This document shows, piece by piece, positions 51,232 through 64,000 of a stretch of DNA of 64,000 nucleotides (the stretch's first letter is position 1; each line of letters starts with the position of its first letter). Source of the stretch: Balamuthia mandrillaris (lineage: Eukaryota). The notes under the pieces were generated by a model. The model did no database searches. It saw only the letters and a list, made by a program, of their open reading frames with translations, and was not told the origin of the DNA. The translations under genes and the position numbers were made by a program. The stretch spans positions 186,001 to 250,000 of the forward strand of contig JAVKOQ020000016.1 of NCBI GenBank assembly GCA_031835245.2. The letters run 5' to 3'.

Positions 51232-54200
51232 TTAATTGTCTAATTTGTCTTTTTCTTTATCTTTTTTTGATTTGGTTGATTGAGAAGATGTGTTGCTATT
51301 AGAATCTGAAAAATCCTTATCATTATTATTATTGTTCTTTTTACTTTTTGTATTTTCTTGTTCTTCTTCTTCTCTTTCTTCTTCTTCTTCTTCTTTTTCT
51401 TCTTCTTTTTCTTCTTCTTTTTCTTCTACTTCTTTACTTTTACCTTTTTCATTTTGTTGTGCTTTTGATTTTTTGTGGTTTTTGGGGGTAAGCTTTGGAA
51501 GTTCTTCATCTTCCTTTTCAGATTGATTACTATCTTTTGGAACTTCATCATCTTCATCATCTGCATTTTTTGGTACTAAATCTTCTTTCAGAACTTTTTG
51601 TTTTTTCTTCCAAGCAACTAAGCCTTTTTGCACCTTGTTTCTATCCAACACAGTGGTTGCTAATAATTTTGCATGCTCTGCTAAGTTTGTGGCTTCAGAA
51701 CCAGGAAACAAGGCCACAAAATGACGCATTGCTAACATTTATAAATGTTTTAGTTCATAACCAAAAAGAAACAAGGAAAGGAATAGCAAAAGGATGAACT
51801 TACTTTCCAAACAAACTGCAGGCAAACAACCTGTTATGGGATTAAAGGCCAACACCACATCTTTAGGCTCTATGAATGTGTTCAGCAAATAACGATACAC
51901 ATTTAAAGGAGGAATAGGAGAAGAAGAGAGATTTGCCTGATCAACCACTTGTCCTTCCTGAGCTTGAGGTCCTTGATTGGAATCACCACTGAAGTTGGTT
52001 GCCATGTCTCCAAGGCCAACAGAGAAGAAGTAATCGAACTAGAATCATCCTGCAACTGTGTTTGGCCTTTGTTCCACACTGCCACAAAGATGCCATTCTC
52101 ATACTATTGTGGTTTGTTGTTATAGTTGGAATGGTGAGGTTTGTATCCAAAAACAAGAACTGTTTTTAGCTTCAAGATAATCAAAAGCTGACGTTGCTTT
52201 TGTTTATAGGCATTGATTTGATTCATGGCCAAGTGCAAGTGATTATAACGGGTAGTTATCAACAAAACCCTTTCTACATGATGATCTGGGAAGAATGAGA
52301 GAAAATCAGACAGATAGCAATCAGAGTTCTTTGGAAAAAATAACCCAAAAAAAACTTACTTTGGCAGTGTACTCCAAAGGAATCAAGCATCAAGGGAGCA
52401 TGTGTTGGTAAATTATCATAAATGATCACTTTGAACTTGGTAGGAGGGGAATGAGAAGCAAGCGCGTCCTTTTCCCATTTCTTGAGTTGGTGGGCCAATT
52501 GTTTGGAGGGTTGAGGAGGAGTGTTGAGTTTGGGTCTGCCACGATGATGGTTTTTTGCTTTTTTGGCCTGGTGTTTGAAAGAGGTCTTTGGTTGTTGTTT
52601 TTTGCTTTTTCTTTTTTTTTTCCTTTCAATATCATGAGATGGTTTTGGTAAAGGAGGTGGAGAGAGTTGAGGTGTAGTGATGTTTGAGTGGAATGGAGGA
52701 GAAGCTGGTTCAGTGGAGGGTATGTGTTGCTAACAGCAAGGAATGAATAAATGAATGAAAGATAGCAAAAGGAAATGTTAACTTAACTTCAATGCCATAG
52801 AAACCAATGCACTTTAGAAAAGGCATACTTGAATTGCCTGGTGAAAAGCAGTATCTCCAGATAAGCCTTGTTTCTCAAAGAACTCTTCATCATACTCGCC
52901 ACTGTTCACCTGATCTTGGACTTCCTCCAAGTGGGCTAAAGGAATCTCTTTTTCAGTATGATACAATTCCAGTTCTTCGTGCATAGCTTTTTGACCAATG
53001 TGTTTCCACATCTGCATGTATGCATGTTTCATCAGGAAAAGTAGTAGTGACAAGAAAGAGAAAGAAAAGATTGCAATGCAACTTACCAATCTTTTGAAGT
53101 TGGTTACAGAACATTCTTCCTTGGGATCCTCGAGGTGCCTTGCCCATATCTCTTTCAAGGCTGCCAACAAGGTTTCATCTGATAAGGAGCTTGGCATTTT
53201 CTCTCTGAAGTGGTAAGGAGTAAACACCCAGCTCCCCTTCTCTTTGTCCTTCTCCTGAATATAACTCAAAGACTCTGGGAATTTCTGCATTTTGTTTGCT
53301 ACTGTTTCAAACATCGAACACAATCAAAGGTGAGAGCATTATGGGCATCTTGGGAGGCAGTTTGCGAATTCTAAAATACAAAACCCACCCAACACAAAAG
53401 AGAGAAAATGAGCAATCATTTCAAAAAGCTTGCCTGCAACCAAAGAAGGCCTACCAGATAATGGAACAGCTCCTCTGGTGTTTTTGTGAGATGATTGTAC
53501 ACAAAACGGACCATATCCCATTCTGTCTCTTGATTGACTCCTTCAAATAACCAGGTTGTCCCAGGCAGACAACTTCCAAGAAATATAAGTAAGTCACCTT
53601 GTTAAAAAAGAGAAAAAGCAACAGAAAACTCCAAGGTATTGTACCTTGTCCAAGACAGCCACACTTGGAAGTTGTTTGCCATCAAATGGCAGCACTTTGG
53701 CCCTCCAAGTTAACTCCTTCAGCTTTGAGGAGTTTTTACAGTACAATACGTGGGCTGCTGCACATCAATGGTTACCTCCAAGACATACATATTCTTGTTG
53801 ATTGCTTTCTGGATGCACCCACAGAGCTGAGGGCAGTTCCATCAATAATAAAGAAGAGCGGTCATCAAAAGACAAAATACTGCCTGAGTTGAATGCGACC
53901 AGCAGCTTGTTCCCTCCGGTTTTAGAGGTTGATGCCAACCTGATAAAACAAATGAAGTTAATAACAGTACAAAGTTAAAAGAAGGCATGAAAAACTGTGA
54001 AGAGTATCTGCTGCACTGTATGGCACAGCCAATGCCCTTCAACTAGTCAACAAGAGAGAAAAAGGCCAGAGGCATGAGCTGCATCGTACAGCACAGCCTA
54101 TAACCTTTTCTTGCCAGCCAAACAAGAAATTAAGGCAGCAGTTGTGATCTGCACCATACAGCGCAATCATCACCCGAACTATAAAAGGAAAGTGTTGATC

Positions 54201-55150
54201 TGAAGGGCTGATCTGCGCCGTACAGTGCAGCCAACACCCTCCCTTCAAAAATACCAGAGGATTTGAAGGGCTGAGCTGTGTCATATAGCACAGCCAATGA
54301 TTTCCCTTCTAAAGTACTGGAGGATTTGAAGGGCTGAGCTGCGCCGTTGACACAGCAAATGAGCTGAAGGGCTGAGCTGTGCTGTACGGCGCAGCCAACA
54401 CCATCCCTTCAAATAATAATTTGGATGAGAGAAGAGAAAGGACAAAAGTAGGATGGAGCTGGACTGGCCCTTCTCCCTTGAGGAAGAAAGAAGCAAGGCG
54501 AATAGTGGCCGTTCAGCCATTGACTATAACACAAAAATAAAAGCACAAACCTTTCATAGTGATAGCTTTCAATGGAACCAAACGAGTCCCCTCCTGAAGC
54601 CGAGTTGTACAAAGTTCTGCCACCTCTTTGGTTTCCTCGTCTGCACCATCCGGTGCACAAAATAGATGCACAGCTTCCAAGTCGCTCTCGTGGAAAATCC
54701 AATCATTTCTTGTTGGAGCGCTATCATAAAAAACCTCAATCACTCACCAGAAAAACCAAAATGGAGAGCAAGTTGTGTTACCTGTTAGATGGGGAGGAAG
54801 ACGAGCCTTCATCTGTTTCTGAGAGGTCTGATGGTTGGTTGGAAGAAGGGTTTGACGTAGGAGTTTGTAGCATTTGCAATTTATGCGACAAGACAGATTC
54901 GGAGTCCTTGGTGGTCTATTGTCCACTGAGGTCCTCAATCCTTTGCCGCAGTTCTTTCACGATCAATCTCCTATTGTCCAACATAACCACAACAGCAAAA
55001 ATAAAAAGCAAGGAATATGTGTGAACAGTGTGAATGGTTGACAAAATAAAATTTTGGGAGTTTGTTTTGCTTTTGGCCCTCTTTTTTTTTCTTTTGAATT
55101 TCGTTTGATTGGTAGTCAAATCGTTGTGGTTTGCTGCAGACTTTGTGGAG
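51232..55150 (-). pseudogene. Multi-exon gene relic of unknown function inside the TIR element
   Basis: Exon-like segments with GT/AG borders (e.g. 54550-54740, 53458-53580, 52790-53370, 51232-51740) and scattered stops; Lys/Glu-rich C-terminus. Confidence 0.5.
54005..54415. repeat. Tandem array of ~7 imperfect hairpin units (most ~60-70 bp)
   Basis: Consensus GAAGGG-CTGA-GCTGYGYCGTAYRGYRCAGC-CAA..-CCCTTC. Confidence 0.75.
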
Positions 55151-55234
55151 GACAATCAATGACAGAGAGCATCGCTGATATGGTGCTGGAAGAAGTGACA
55201 GCAAGTTGAAGGAAATTTGAAGGAAATTTGAAAG

Positions 55235-55373
55235 TGTTATTATACCACTCTCCCATAATACCTATCCCTATCTCTCCTTGTATATATATCTCTTTCTTTC
55301 ATTTTATTAAAGGTCTTTTCCCTACGCCCATCGAGTTGGTGTCCGTTAGGTTGTTCCCCTACCGACCTTATCA
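55235..55373. repeat. ~135-bp interspersed repeat, copy 2
   Basis: Matches 2457-2590 and the reverse complement of 62306-62441. Confidence 0.85.
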
Positions 55374-56100
55374 GCATTTTGTTCCCATAATAAAAAGGCT
55401 TGAATGTGCTTTCTTACATCCAACCTCATGATTCTTTCTATTGAGTTCAACTTGTGAAAGTGAATTTTACAAGTGAAATCCAACATTCATGCTCCTTGGA
55501 GCAAACCCATTTCATTGGTAAAAGGATTTCCAAATCTATCTTTATATTCCACTCATATTCCTCATTTGATACCCAAATCTTGTGTAGAAGAAGAATGCAT
55601 TCAAGGTACTCAATCTGATTTTTCCACTATTTTGCTTTCTTCCAAACTTCACTTACAAGCATTGATTTATAATTTACAACACCCTTCAATCCTTTTTTTA
55701 CTTTGTTTCAACCTATGACTGCTTTAAATTGACAACATACTCCTTCATTCTCTGCATCCACTTCTTTGACTTCAGCTACTTCCTCCTTTTTAATCGAATT
55801 TTCATCTCAAGTCACAACATCTGGTTGTGCTACTTGCATACCTTTCCATATTTTTCCAATCACATTTATGCTATTTGTCCATGGTTCTTCAGAGGACTTT
55901 TGGCTTGCATTTGTTCATTCCACAACACCTCATAAAGCTATTGTATCATGGTATACAAAACAAGGTCAACGTTATTTTTTACAAAAGGAAACTCAAAACA
56001 TACATTAAGCATCTTTTATTTGGGGTCCTTTAATATTAACCTCAGATCACAAATTATCTTTTGCTTACAAAGCTCAAATTTATACAGAATTAGATAGATT
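55374..56100 (+). pseudogene. 3' remnant of transposase related to 420-2300
   Basis: SKPISLVKGFPN versus SEPLALMKGFPN (1816-1850); EDFWLAFV..IVSWY versus DMF*FARV..YVTRY. Confidence 0.55.
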
Positions 56101-57854
56101 CGAAAAACAGCATTTATAATAAATCTTTGTATTTTGTTTAATGTTTAATAATAGATTTTTTATATTAAATGTCTTTTAATAATGCTTTATAAAAAATAAT
56201 TTTTAGAACTTAAAAAATGTTCTCAAACCATAAAAAATATTTTTAGAAATTAAAAAACATTTTTTTATTATTTTTGTTAAAGGAAAAATATTATTTTTTT
56301 GTCTGAAAATTAATTTTTAAGACCTGAAAAATATTTTTTTTAAGACCTGAAAAATATTTTTTTTTGCTATATAATCCAAGTGAACAGCAAAAGGAGATTC
56401 TCCTTTTTGTTTGTGTTGTGTTATGTCTTCAGCAGCCTGGGCCATCTCCAGAGTAACTTCCCAATGCTGTGTGTCATTCTTCTCTCTTACCTTCCACACT
56501 CTGATGTGCTTGAGCCCCAGCACAAAGATCCTCTTGCACACCTTTTTCTTCTTAAGGTCCTTCCCACTCATCACAATCGATCTGCCCTCCACAGCCCCTA
56601 CCTTGGAGTAGGGACTGGCAAAGCCATACTTTGACTTTACTGTAGACCAATAGTTCGGGTCAATTACTGTATCCTTGGTCCATGTCCTCCTGTTTTTGTT
56701 GGAGTTATCCTACTAACATATCTATAGATCATTTGCCATTTCTTCCTTCCAGTATTCCAGGCTTAGTGCATTAGCCATAGTTACCATTGGAGGGAAATTC
56801 CTCTCCACAATAATATGGTGACACCACAGAGCAGATCCAACCACCTTTATGTATGACCATTGATAATGGGTACCCAGAGAACGAGTTACACTGATCCTCT
56901 GCACCTCTGTCATCCTCCTCCTTTTGGTTAGCCCTTTGGGAAGGAGGAATCTTGACTGTGGAAGTATTCAGGTGCCCATACTTTTTCACCACCAACTTGA
57001 AAGCTTCCTCCGAAAACTCATTTGACTTGTCTGCTTTGACAAAACACTTGGGGATCTTTGCCTCTTTTTGCACGACCTGCAAAGCGGGCTTCCATGAGTG
57101 ATTACTGTTCAGGGTCCCCAGTCTAAGACGTTCCTTCATGGCCAGATCCACCCATCGATGTAGGACCTGTTCCCTTAGTATCAATCCCTTCTGTGCTCTT
57201 GTATGTCAACATCCTATTTTTTCGCATTTTCTTCCATGCATAGTCTATATGACAAGGGAGACTTGACAATGGCCTTTGTAGCAATCTGGGCAGTTTGTGT
57301 ACCCAGGCCTTGAGCAATGGCTCTGTTGGAAAACCAATAATTTGCATCATTATGACTTCCTGTTGACACTCTCCCTGGATACCCCTTATTCTCTTGCCCT
57401 TTTTATTTTCCCTTTTTCCTCATGACACACTCAAAGCACACACTTTGGTTCACATCTCTTTTCTTGTGAATAAACCCAGAGTTGCTTACATGCCATCCCT
57501 TTCTTGATCCAAAGGGTTTATCCCTATCAACAAGAAAAGGTCTTGAGCAACATTCCAACAAGGGTGATGCAGGCTTGCATCCATCTATCCTCATTGAACT
57601 TAGGTAGTCTGGGAAGAAGGGGAGGCATTTTCTTCTGAGTAAGAGGGAAAGGAGCAGTTGTGTCATTCTGTGTTTCTGGAATAGAGGTAGTAGTAGTAAT
57701 AAGAAGTTTATTTGCCCTAAGAGCAACACTATACTATACAGGGAATAGAGGTCATTTTTATACTGTGTTCTATGGTTTCATCTCACTTCTGCTGTTCTAC
57801 TTCTTTGGCAATGCATTTGGTCTCAGGACAGCTGGGAATTGTTGGTAGTGGTAG

Positions 57855-60800
57855 GAGCAAAAGAAGTTTATTTGCTCTGAGAGCAACACCAATCTATACA
57901 TAAAAAGTAAGCATTGTACATACATTGTGTACTCTTACTTCTCTTACTTCCTCATCCTCAATGCCTTCCTCATTGTTATTCAAGTTCACAAGTGAAAGGT
58001 GTTGAATGAGATTTCAGACTAACTTTGTATCATTTAGCTATCCTTTTCTTTCCCTTTCCTTTCTTCTCTTTTCTTTGCTTTTACATTACTTCCAAAGATT
58101 GATAAAAAGCAGAAGAGCTTCCATACTTCCAACTTTCTCTTGCTGCTCATAATCTCCAGACTCGTTGACAACTTTGCTTACATTGTTCTATCTCTTGAGC
58201 TCTGTTGCATTTCTTTCCACTTGACAGGAGCTTTGTTGTGCAGTTTTCTATTATCAGCTTTCTAACTTGTTCATCATTTCTATTGTCCACACTCCATATT
58301 CTAAGGCAATCTTCCAAAGATTTGGACATCTTAACAGGAAGTGTTCAGCTGTTTCTTCCTCAGTATCACATGCAGGGCACTTAGTATCGTCCTCAGACTA
58401 CTGAATGGCTCCTGTCCCAGATCCTCAGCTCTCCTTACTTAGCAATACACCAAGGAGTAAGCAGATGAGGAAGTTGTGGAGTGAGTAAAGTGGAGACTTG
58501 GTAGATAACTCACTCGATTGGCCACAAAGAAGTGTTAAAAACCTTCTTTACAAAGTTCTCAAATAAGGTACTTTTAGCTCAATGACTGTCATATGGTGTA
58601 AGTACAAGAAATGCCTCTGCTTCAACATCATATAGCTCAGCTTCTACTTTTTCAAGTCCAGCAATTCTATCTTTTTTTTTTGGGCCAGCCAGACTTACTT
58701 AATGAGTAATTAGTACATCTTCATCATCATTGACTTTGCCACTTGTTTTACCATTAAATGACAATGGCCTCTGCCATTTCAAGGACAAAGCTAAAAAAGA
58801 AGTTTACTGTGAGTTGGTCAAGGTCACTTGCAAGCTCAGCTTCTCCAAAATAGTTCAGTGTCTAACAACAGCACTAAATTTGGCACTAAATTATACTTGT
58901 GGGCATAACCAGGCAGGTGTCAACCACTTGTTCATCTCTTTGTCAACTTGAGCTGCAGAAAGCCACATCAAGCACACCAAGTCCATGCTACTGGAACCCT
59001 GAAAAAGATGACCTTGAACACAAGATCTCCCTATCACAATTCAGCTTTGCAAATTTAGTGCTATGCACTAATGCTGCATTGTCCAAATGTTCTAAGGCTT
59101 TCATAATACCAAGCTTTGCAAATTTGGTACTAAATCAGCAATTATCCTCTTCTTTGACAGACCTCGTTCTTATTCAGACAACTATTTTAACAACATATCC
59201 AAGGTAAAAACTCCAAGTGAGAGGAACACCAATCGATACCAAAAAGGTAAGCAAATTCCAGATTCCAAAGTGATGCTCCAAAGATCTTCAACAGTAGCTG
59301 CTCCTTCCTGCATTTTTCTCATTATGACCTTTCATTCCTCTCCTTAAAGAGTCTTTCTTAAGAGTGCTGCACCTGCATTTGTACTCCCTCCACCTCCTCT
59401 TGCAATCTTTCTCCAAGTAAACACTAGGGTTTCCTCTTCAAGCTGAGGCACTAAGAGGGCCAGCCTTTTGCAAGACTCCATCAATACCATTCCTCTCATG
59501 TTGTAAGTAGATTCACCTCTTCCATTCCATCCCTATACAACTCTGGTGTTCCAATTTCCTCCAATAATCAAGGGGCTTTCTTTCTTGACCACATCCAAGG
59601 TTCTCGTCTCAATTGCAGCCAAAGCAACCTTAAAGTTATCCACAATACCTCCTGGAGGAAGATACAGTATATCAATAAAGATACAACTCTGTCCTGCTAG
59701 TTTCACCCAAGTGTGTTGGGCATTCACAACTCTTTTCTTTCTCTGATGTTTCCCTTGAAGCCCTCTTGAACGAAGAACCCTGCACCACCCCTTTCATAGC
59801 CACTCCTCTCTGAAACAGCCCCTCCACTCATCTATTGATACCTCTCCAAGTGCAGGGCAACTATCCTCCTATGTTTGAACAAATGCTACTAAAGTCATTG
59901 GGTCTCCTCCCCTTCCTTATCCACAATGTTAGACTAGTTGGCAGCACCATGGTGCTCCTCCTCAGCCAGCACAATGCCAAAGAGTTCCAACCAGCTGTCC
60001 AAAGCCACTATTTCAATATTCTCCTCCTTTTTCTTCCTTTTCTCCATCTTTCTTTGCTCTTTAGGCTTCTACAGCAGTTTGCCTTCATTCTTGGCTTCTT
60101 CAATTCAGGCTTTGCCCACCCATCAGCAGGTGAAAGCATACATTCTGGATCTTTCCACAATAATATCTCTGGCAGCCTTGGCTGTCTCCAAACTAACTCC
60201 CCAATGCTGCGTGTCATTCTTCTCTCCTACTTTCCACACTCTGATATGCTTGAGCCTCAGCTCAAAGATCCTCTCACACACCTTTTCCTTCTTAAGGTCC
60301 TTACCACTCACCACAAATGATCTGCCCTCCACAGTCCCTACCTTGGAGTAGGGACTGGCCAAGCCATCCTTTGATTTTACTGTAGACCAATAGTTTGAGT
60401 CGGATACTGTATCCCTTGGTCCATGTCCTCCAGTTTATGTTGAAGTTATCCTGCCAACATATCTGTTGATCATTTGCCATTTTTTCCTTCCAGTATTCCA
60501 GGCTTAGTGCACTAGCTGTAGTTACTGTTGGAGGAAAATTTCTTTCTATAGTAATCTAGTTGCTTTACAGAGCTGATCCAACCACCTCTATGTATGACTA
60601 TTGATAATAGGCATCCAAAGCAGGACTACCTTTTGTACCTTTTGCACTTCCTTTTCCTCTGTTATAAGATTATTAATCTCCTGGTTGAGAGATTTAATCA
60701 GGTCCCTGAATTGTACAATCACTGCAAGCAAAAGTACACCTGCTCCAGAGAGCTTACCATACTCATAAGAGACACTGTTAAAAATTGAACAGCAGTGCCA

Positions 60801-62300
60801 CTTGACTGTTGGTTTGCTCCTTAACAGTTCAATCTTCCTCTCAGGCACAACACTGGTCCCTGCCTCTGCATGAGGAAAATCCACTACCAAGTTACGCTGA
60901 TCCTCTGCACCTCTATCATCCTTCCTCCTTTTGGTTAGCCCTTTGGAAAGGAGGAAACTTAACTATGGAAGTATTCAAGTGCCTATATTTTTCCACTGCC
61001 AACTTGAATGCTTTCTCCAAAAACTGATTAGACTTGTCCCCTTTGTAAAAACACTCAGGGATCTTTGCCTCTTTTTGCACAGGATTCCACATATAATTAC
61101 AGTTAAGGGTCCTCAGTCTAATATGTTCCTTCATGGCTTTAATGCAAAAATCTAAATTATCAAATTAAGAAGTTTATAAACACCACACTCCCCATTGTTA
61201 TGATAGTTCACAAGCGAATGGTGTTGAATGAGCTTTCAGACAAACTTTGTATTATCTCTCTTTCCCTTCCTTTTACATTACTTCCAGAGATTGATAAAAT
61301 AAAGAACTTTTCTCTAGGTTAAGTAGGCTGCCATCTCTTGATACAATATGACCAAGAAGTTATACCTAAGTATATCCAGAACTGGCATTTTAGAAGGAAA
61401 GATGGAGGCCTGCAATAGTGAGGGCATTGATGACCTTGGGATGCTAGTGATGTGCTGTTCTAGGGAGGAGGATCTAGTGAAGACCAAGATGTCCTTGTTT
61501 TACTTTATCACAGCCCCCCTTTACCTCTTGATGGAAATCTCATCCTACTATGTCATCTTCACCTCGAGACATGCCAGGGTCAATACAGACCATTTTCCAT
61601 GTTCATCCTTTTTGAGGGCTGGAAGGATGGGAGAATTTCACTGGCAGTAAAATGAGAAGAGCATGATGATGCTGTGTTTGCACCATTTGGTGAGTTTCCT
61701 GAAAAACAGGTTATAATACACCTGAAAATTGTTGTACTGCTTATGAAAAACAGGTTTAATATCACCGTGGGTACTGATAACCTGATATCTAGATAACACT
61801 CTAGAAGTGTTGAGAATGACTCTCAACATATTAGTTCTTTTGTCCCTGTTTGAAAACCAACAATTCGTGTCCTTTTGACTTCCTGTCAACACTCTCCCTG
61901 GATATCCCGAATTCTTTCACCCCTTTTTATTTTCCCTTTTTCCTCACCACACACTCAAAGCACACACTTTGTTCACATCTCTTTTCTTGTGAATAAACCC
62001 AGAGTCACTTACATGCCGTCCCTTTCTTGATCTGCAGGGTTTATCCCCCATCAACATCTCCTCTACTTCATCCAGTCCCATTTGTTGGCTCTCCACAACT
62101 TCACAAACCTTTTCCTGAGTTCCACAAATTCCTCTCTGGCCTTTCCATCATTCTTTCCTTCTCTTAGCCACTGAGCATGGGCTATCACTATCTGCTTATT
62201 CAAGGATGTTAACTCTGTTGTCCACCATGACAACCTTGCCCTGCTTGTTGTTGCTTTTATTAGTCTCCTTTCTCTACCAAACCATCTCATTGCACAATCC
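57855..62300 (-). mobile_element. Decayed LINE copy with nested fragments
   Basis: KCPACDTEEETAEHFLLRC (~58325-58380); APE fragment 59533-59727; ORF1-like segments shared with 50760-51000 and 56423-57520; SWWTTEL linker near 62230. Confidence 0.7.
61330..61800 (-). pseudogene. Gypsy-like pol fragment
   Basis: Q*NSPILPALKKDEHGKW..CIDP resembles the start of a Ty3/gypsy RT; heavily deleted. Confidence 0.35.
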
Positions 62301-62305
62301 CACTG

Positions 62306-62441
62306 TGATAAGGCCAGTAGGGGAACAACCTAACAGACACCAACTCGATGGACATAGGGAAAAGACTTTTAATAAAATGAAAGAAAGAGATATATATACA
62401 AGGAGAGATAGGGATAGGTATTATGGGAAAGTGGTATAACA
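62306..62441. repeat. ~135-bp interspersed repeat, copy 3 (TG...CA)
   Basis: Reverse complement of copies 1 and 2. Confidence 0.85.
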
Positions 62442-63112
62442 GCAAAGAAAACACCTATATTGCTCTGTTAGATATCAGCAAGGCATATGACATGCTTGAC
62501 CATGACATACTGGCAAGCACATAATGCAAAAAAGGAGCAGAAGAGGCAGTGGGTATCATTACAGAGTGGTACTGTGATATGACAAGTGGAATATGCATGA
62601 ATGAGCAGCTCTCTGAGGAATTTCTGGTGGAAAGAGGAGTTAGCAAGGAGGAGTTTTGTCTCCATTCTTGTTCAATGTGTATATTCATTGATGTGGTGGC
62701 AAGAAAGCTACAGGTGGCAGAGGAGAAGGAAAGAGGAGATAAAGCAAGGAATGTTTGCTTGTTGGTTGCAGATGACTTGTCAGTGGTGGCCAGTGATCCA
62801 TTTGAGCTTCAGAGAAGATTGACTGAATGTGGCAGTGGAGGCAGTGAATGCTCTGGGACTTCAGTTCAATGCAAAGAAATCAGTGGTGCTAGTACAAGGA
62901 AAGAAGGCTCATTTTCAAGAATGGAGACTTAAGGGGGAGGCTGTGAAACGTGTAAAAGAGGCCAAGTACCTAGGACTGTGGTTTAAAGAAAGTGGGAAAT
63001 GGACTACTCATGCCAAGGAGAGGATCACCAAGGCCAAGCAAGCCCTCTACAGCCCTTGGCAGCAGGGAGCCATTGCTCAAGGCCTTGGTACATGCACTGC
63101 CCAGATTGCTAA
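62442..63112 (+). pseudogene. LINE reverse transcriptase fragment
   Basis: LLDISKAYD, RGV.QG.VLSP.LF across a frameshift, LLVADDL, GLQFNAKKS and AKYLGLW. Confidence 0.8.
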
Positions 63113-63278
63113 TGGAGATCCCCTCCTGTTGTTTTTCTTTCTTCCTTCTAGAATACACTCCTTTTTGATCATTTGTCCCTTTCTTTTGTTAAGTTGGACT
63201 TAACCAACATACACAATTTTAACTTTTGTATAATCTTTTTATTATTACTAAAATATTTGTTGATATGAAATTGTTTAT

Positions 63279-64000
63279 TTAACTATTTTCTAATTTTAAC
63301 TCATAAATTTGTATGTAAGCTTCTGAAAGAGAAACCAATTGAGGCAAAGTCTCTTTAACAATAAGGTCTTGTATTTCATACCACTTATCATTACCTTTGT
63401 TTTGTATATAAACTTTATAACAACCTTTATCAGGCAGTCCATCATGACAAAGGTTGGTTAATAAATTATATTTAGTTGGCATATTATAGTCCTTCAAAGA
63501 TGTATCTATTGAAAATAACATCTATTAATGTTAAATACAACAAAACAAAAGAAAAAGACATACATACAATTTTTCATTTCTAGATTTTTAACTGGAAAGT
63601 TAACTATAGTAGGGTTTTTTTCAATAAACCAATTGTTTTTAGTGAAACGTTTGAGATGCAAAATTAAATATTGAGGCAGCTTAGTAATAGTGTATATACG
63701 TGTTTCTCCTTTTGTAGTGTCATCCTATTGTTTTGTAATTATTAAACAACATTATCATTTGAATATCATTTAAAACTTACATATTCTGTTTTTCCATCAA
63801 ACTTTTGTAAACAATGGAAAAGAGGCAATTGGGGAATAACAGTTTTTTCTTCTTCACTTTTAAATAAAGGAGCTGGTGGAATATCTAATGATAAAAACCT
63901 ATTATAACAAAATTAATTAATAAAAGTAACACTATAAAATAAAAATAAAGAAATACATACAAAAATGGAGAAACCTTGGTAGTGGTTTCTTTCATTAATT
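63279..64000 (-). CDS. USP39: U4/U6.U5 tri-snRNP protein USP39/Sad1, 3' exons (continues beyond window)
   Basis: LPQYLILHLKRFTKNNWFIEKNPTIVNFP; KYNLL.NL.HDG...WYEIQDL.V.ETLPQLVSLSEAYIQIYE. Confidence 0.9.

Larger units (their letters stand above)
51010..56422. mobile_element. 5.4-kb TIR DNA transposon with cargo-gene relic
   Basis: 35-bp TIRs 51010-51044 and 56388-56422 (32/35 match); ATGT duplication on both sides; AT-rich subtermini; the flanks rejoin into LINE sequence seen at ~60150-60180. Confidence 0.85.
49035..57730 (-). mobile_element. Decayed LINE (APE-type), interrupted by a TIR element
   Basis: (TAG)n tail at 49035; APE-like VYLPP...IIG.DWN.RVG at 50199-50501; ORF1-like segments repeated at 59460-62060. 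Confidence 0.7.

Noticed and set aside
54005..54415. Possible CRISPR array
   Set aside because: The repeats are diverged, the linkers are short and partly similar to each other, the context is eukaryotic, and there are no cas genes.
58410..59420. Non-LINE insert within the LINE copy
   Set aside because: Probably a TE fragment, but no termini or protein motif could be established.

Overview
Eukaryotic genomic DNA. It has short spliceosomal introns full of (CT)n/(CTT)n microsatellites and tightly packed head-to-head genes, a style that suggests a free-living amoeba or similar protist (inference, not proven). A gene-dense core (~2.8-47 kb, roughly balanced GC) carries a bacterial-type AAA-ATPase/PD-(D/E)xK gene with a mitochondrial-type presequence, TRM11, a DhlA-type haloalkane dehalogenase, an ankyrin-filamin-RING protein, GCAT/kbl, ATG7, DHX34, proline iminopeptidase, RPS17, a PH-4xSH3 protein, a Myb/AT-hook protein and a kelch-RING protein. 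It also carries an intronless Crinkler-like NTPase-nuclease ORF next to a broken DDE transposase. An intact Ty1/copia element with matching, non-canonical TA..TA LTRs sits inside DHX34 exon 1. Its 3' LTR lacks the last base, which creates an in-frame ATG that could restore expression of the helicase core. Both window ends are CpG-depleted transposon graveyards: decayed LINEs, a solo LTR, a 5.4-kb TIR element with a cargo gene and hairpin array, and GHTHEDIDQ-type transposase relics. The window ends in an AT-rich USP39/SAD1 3' half. Exon boundaries were read by eye and are approximate.
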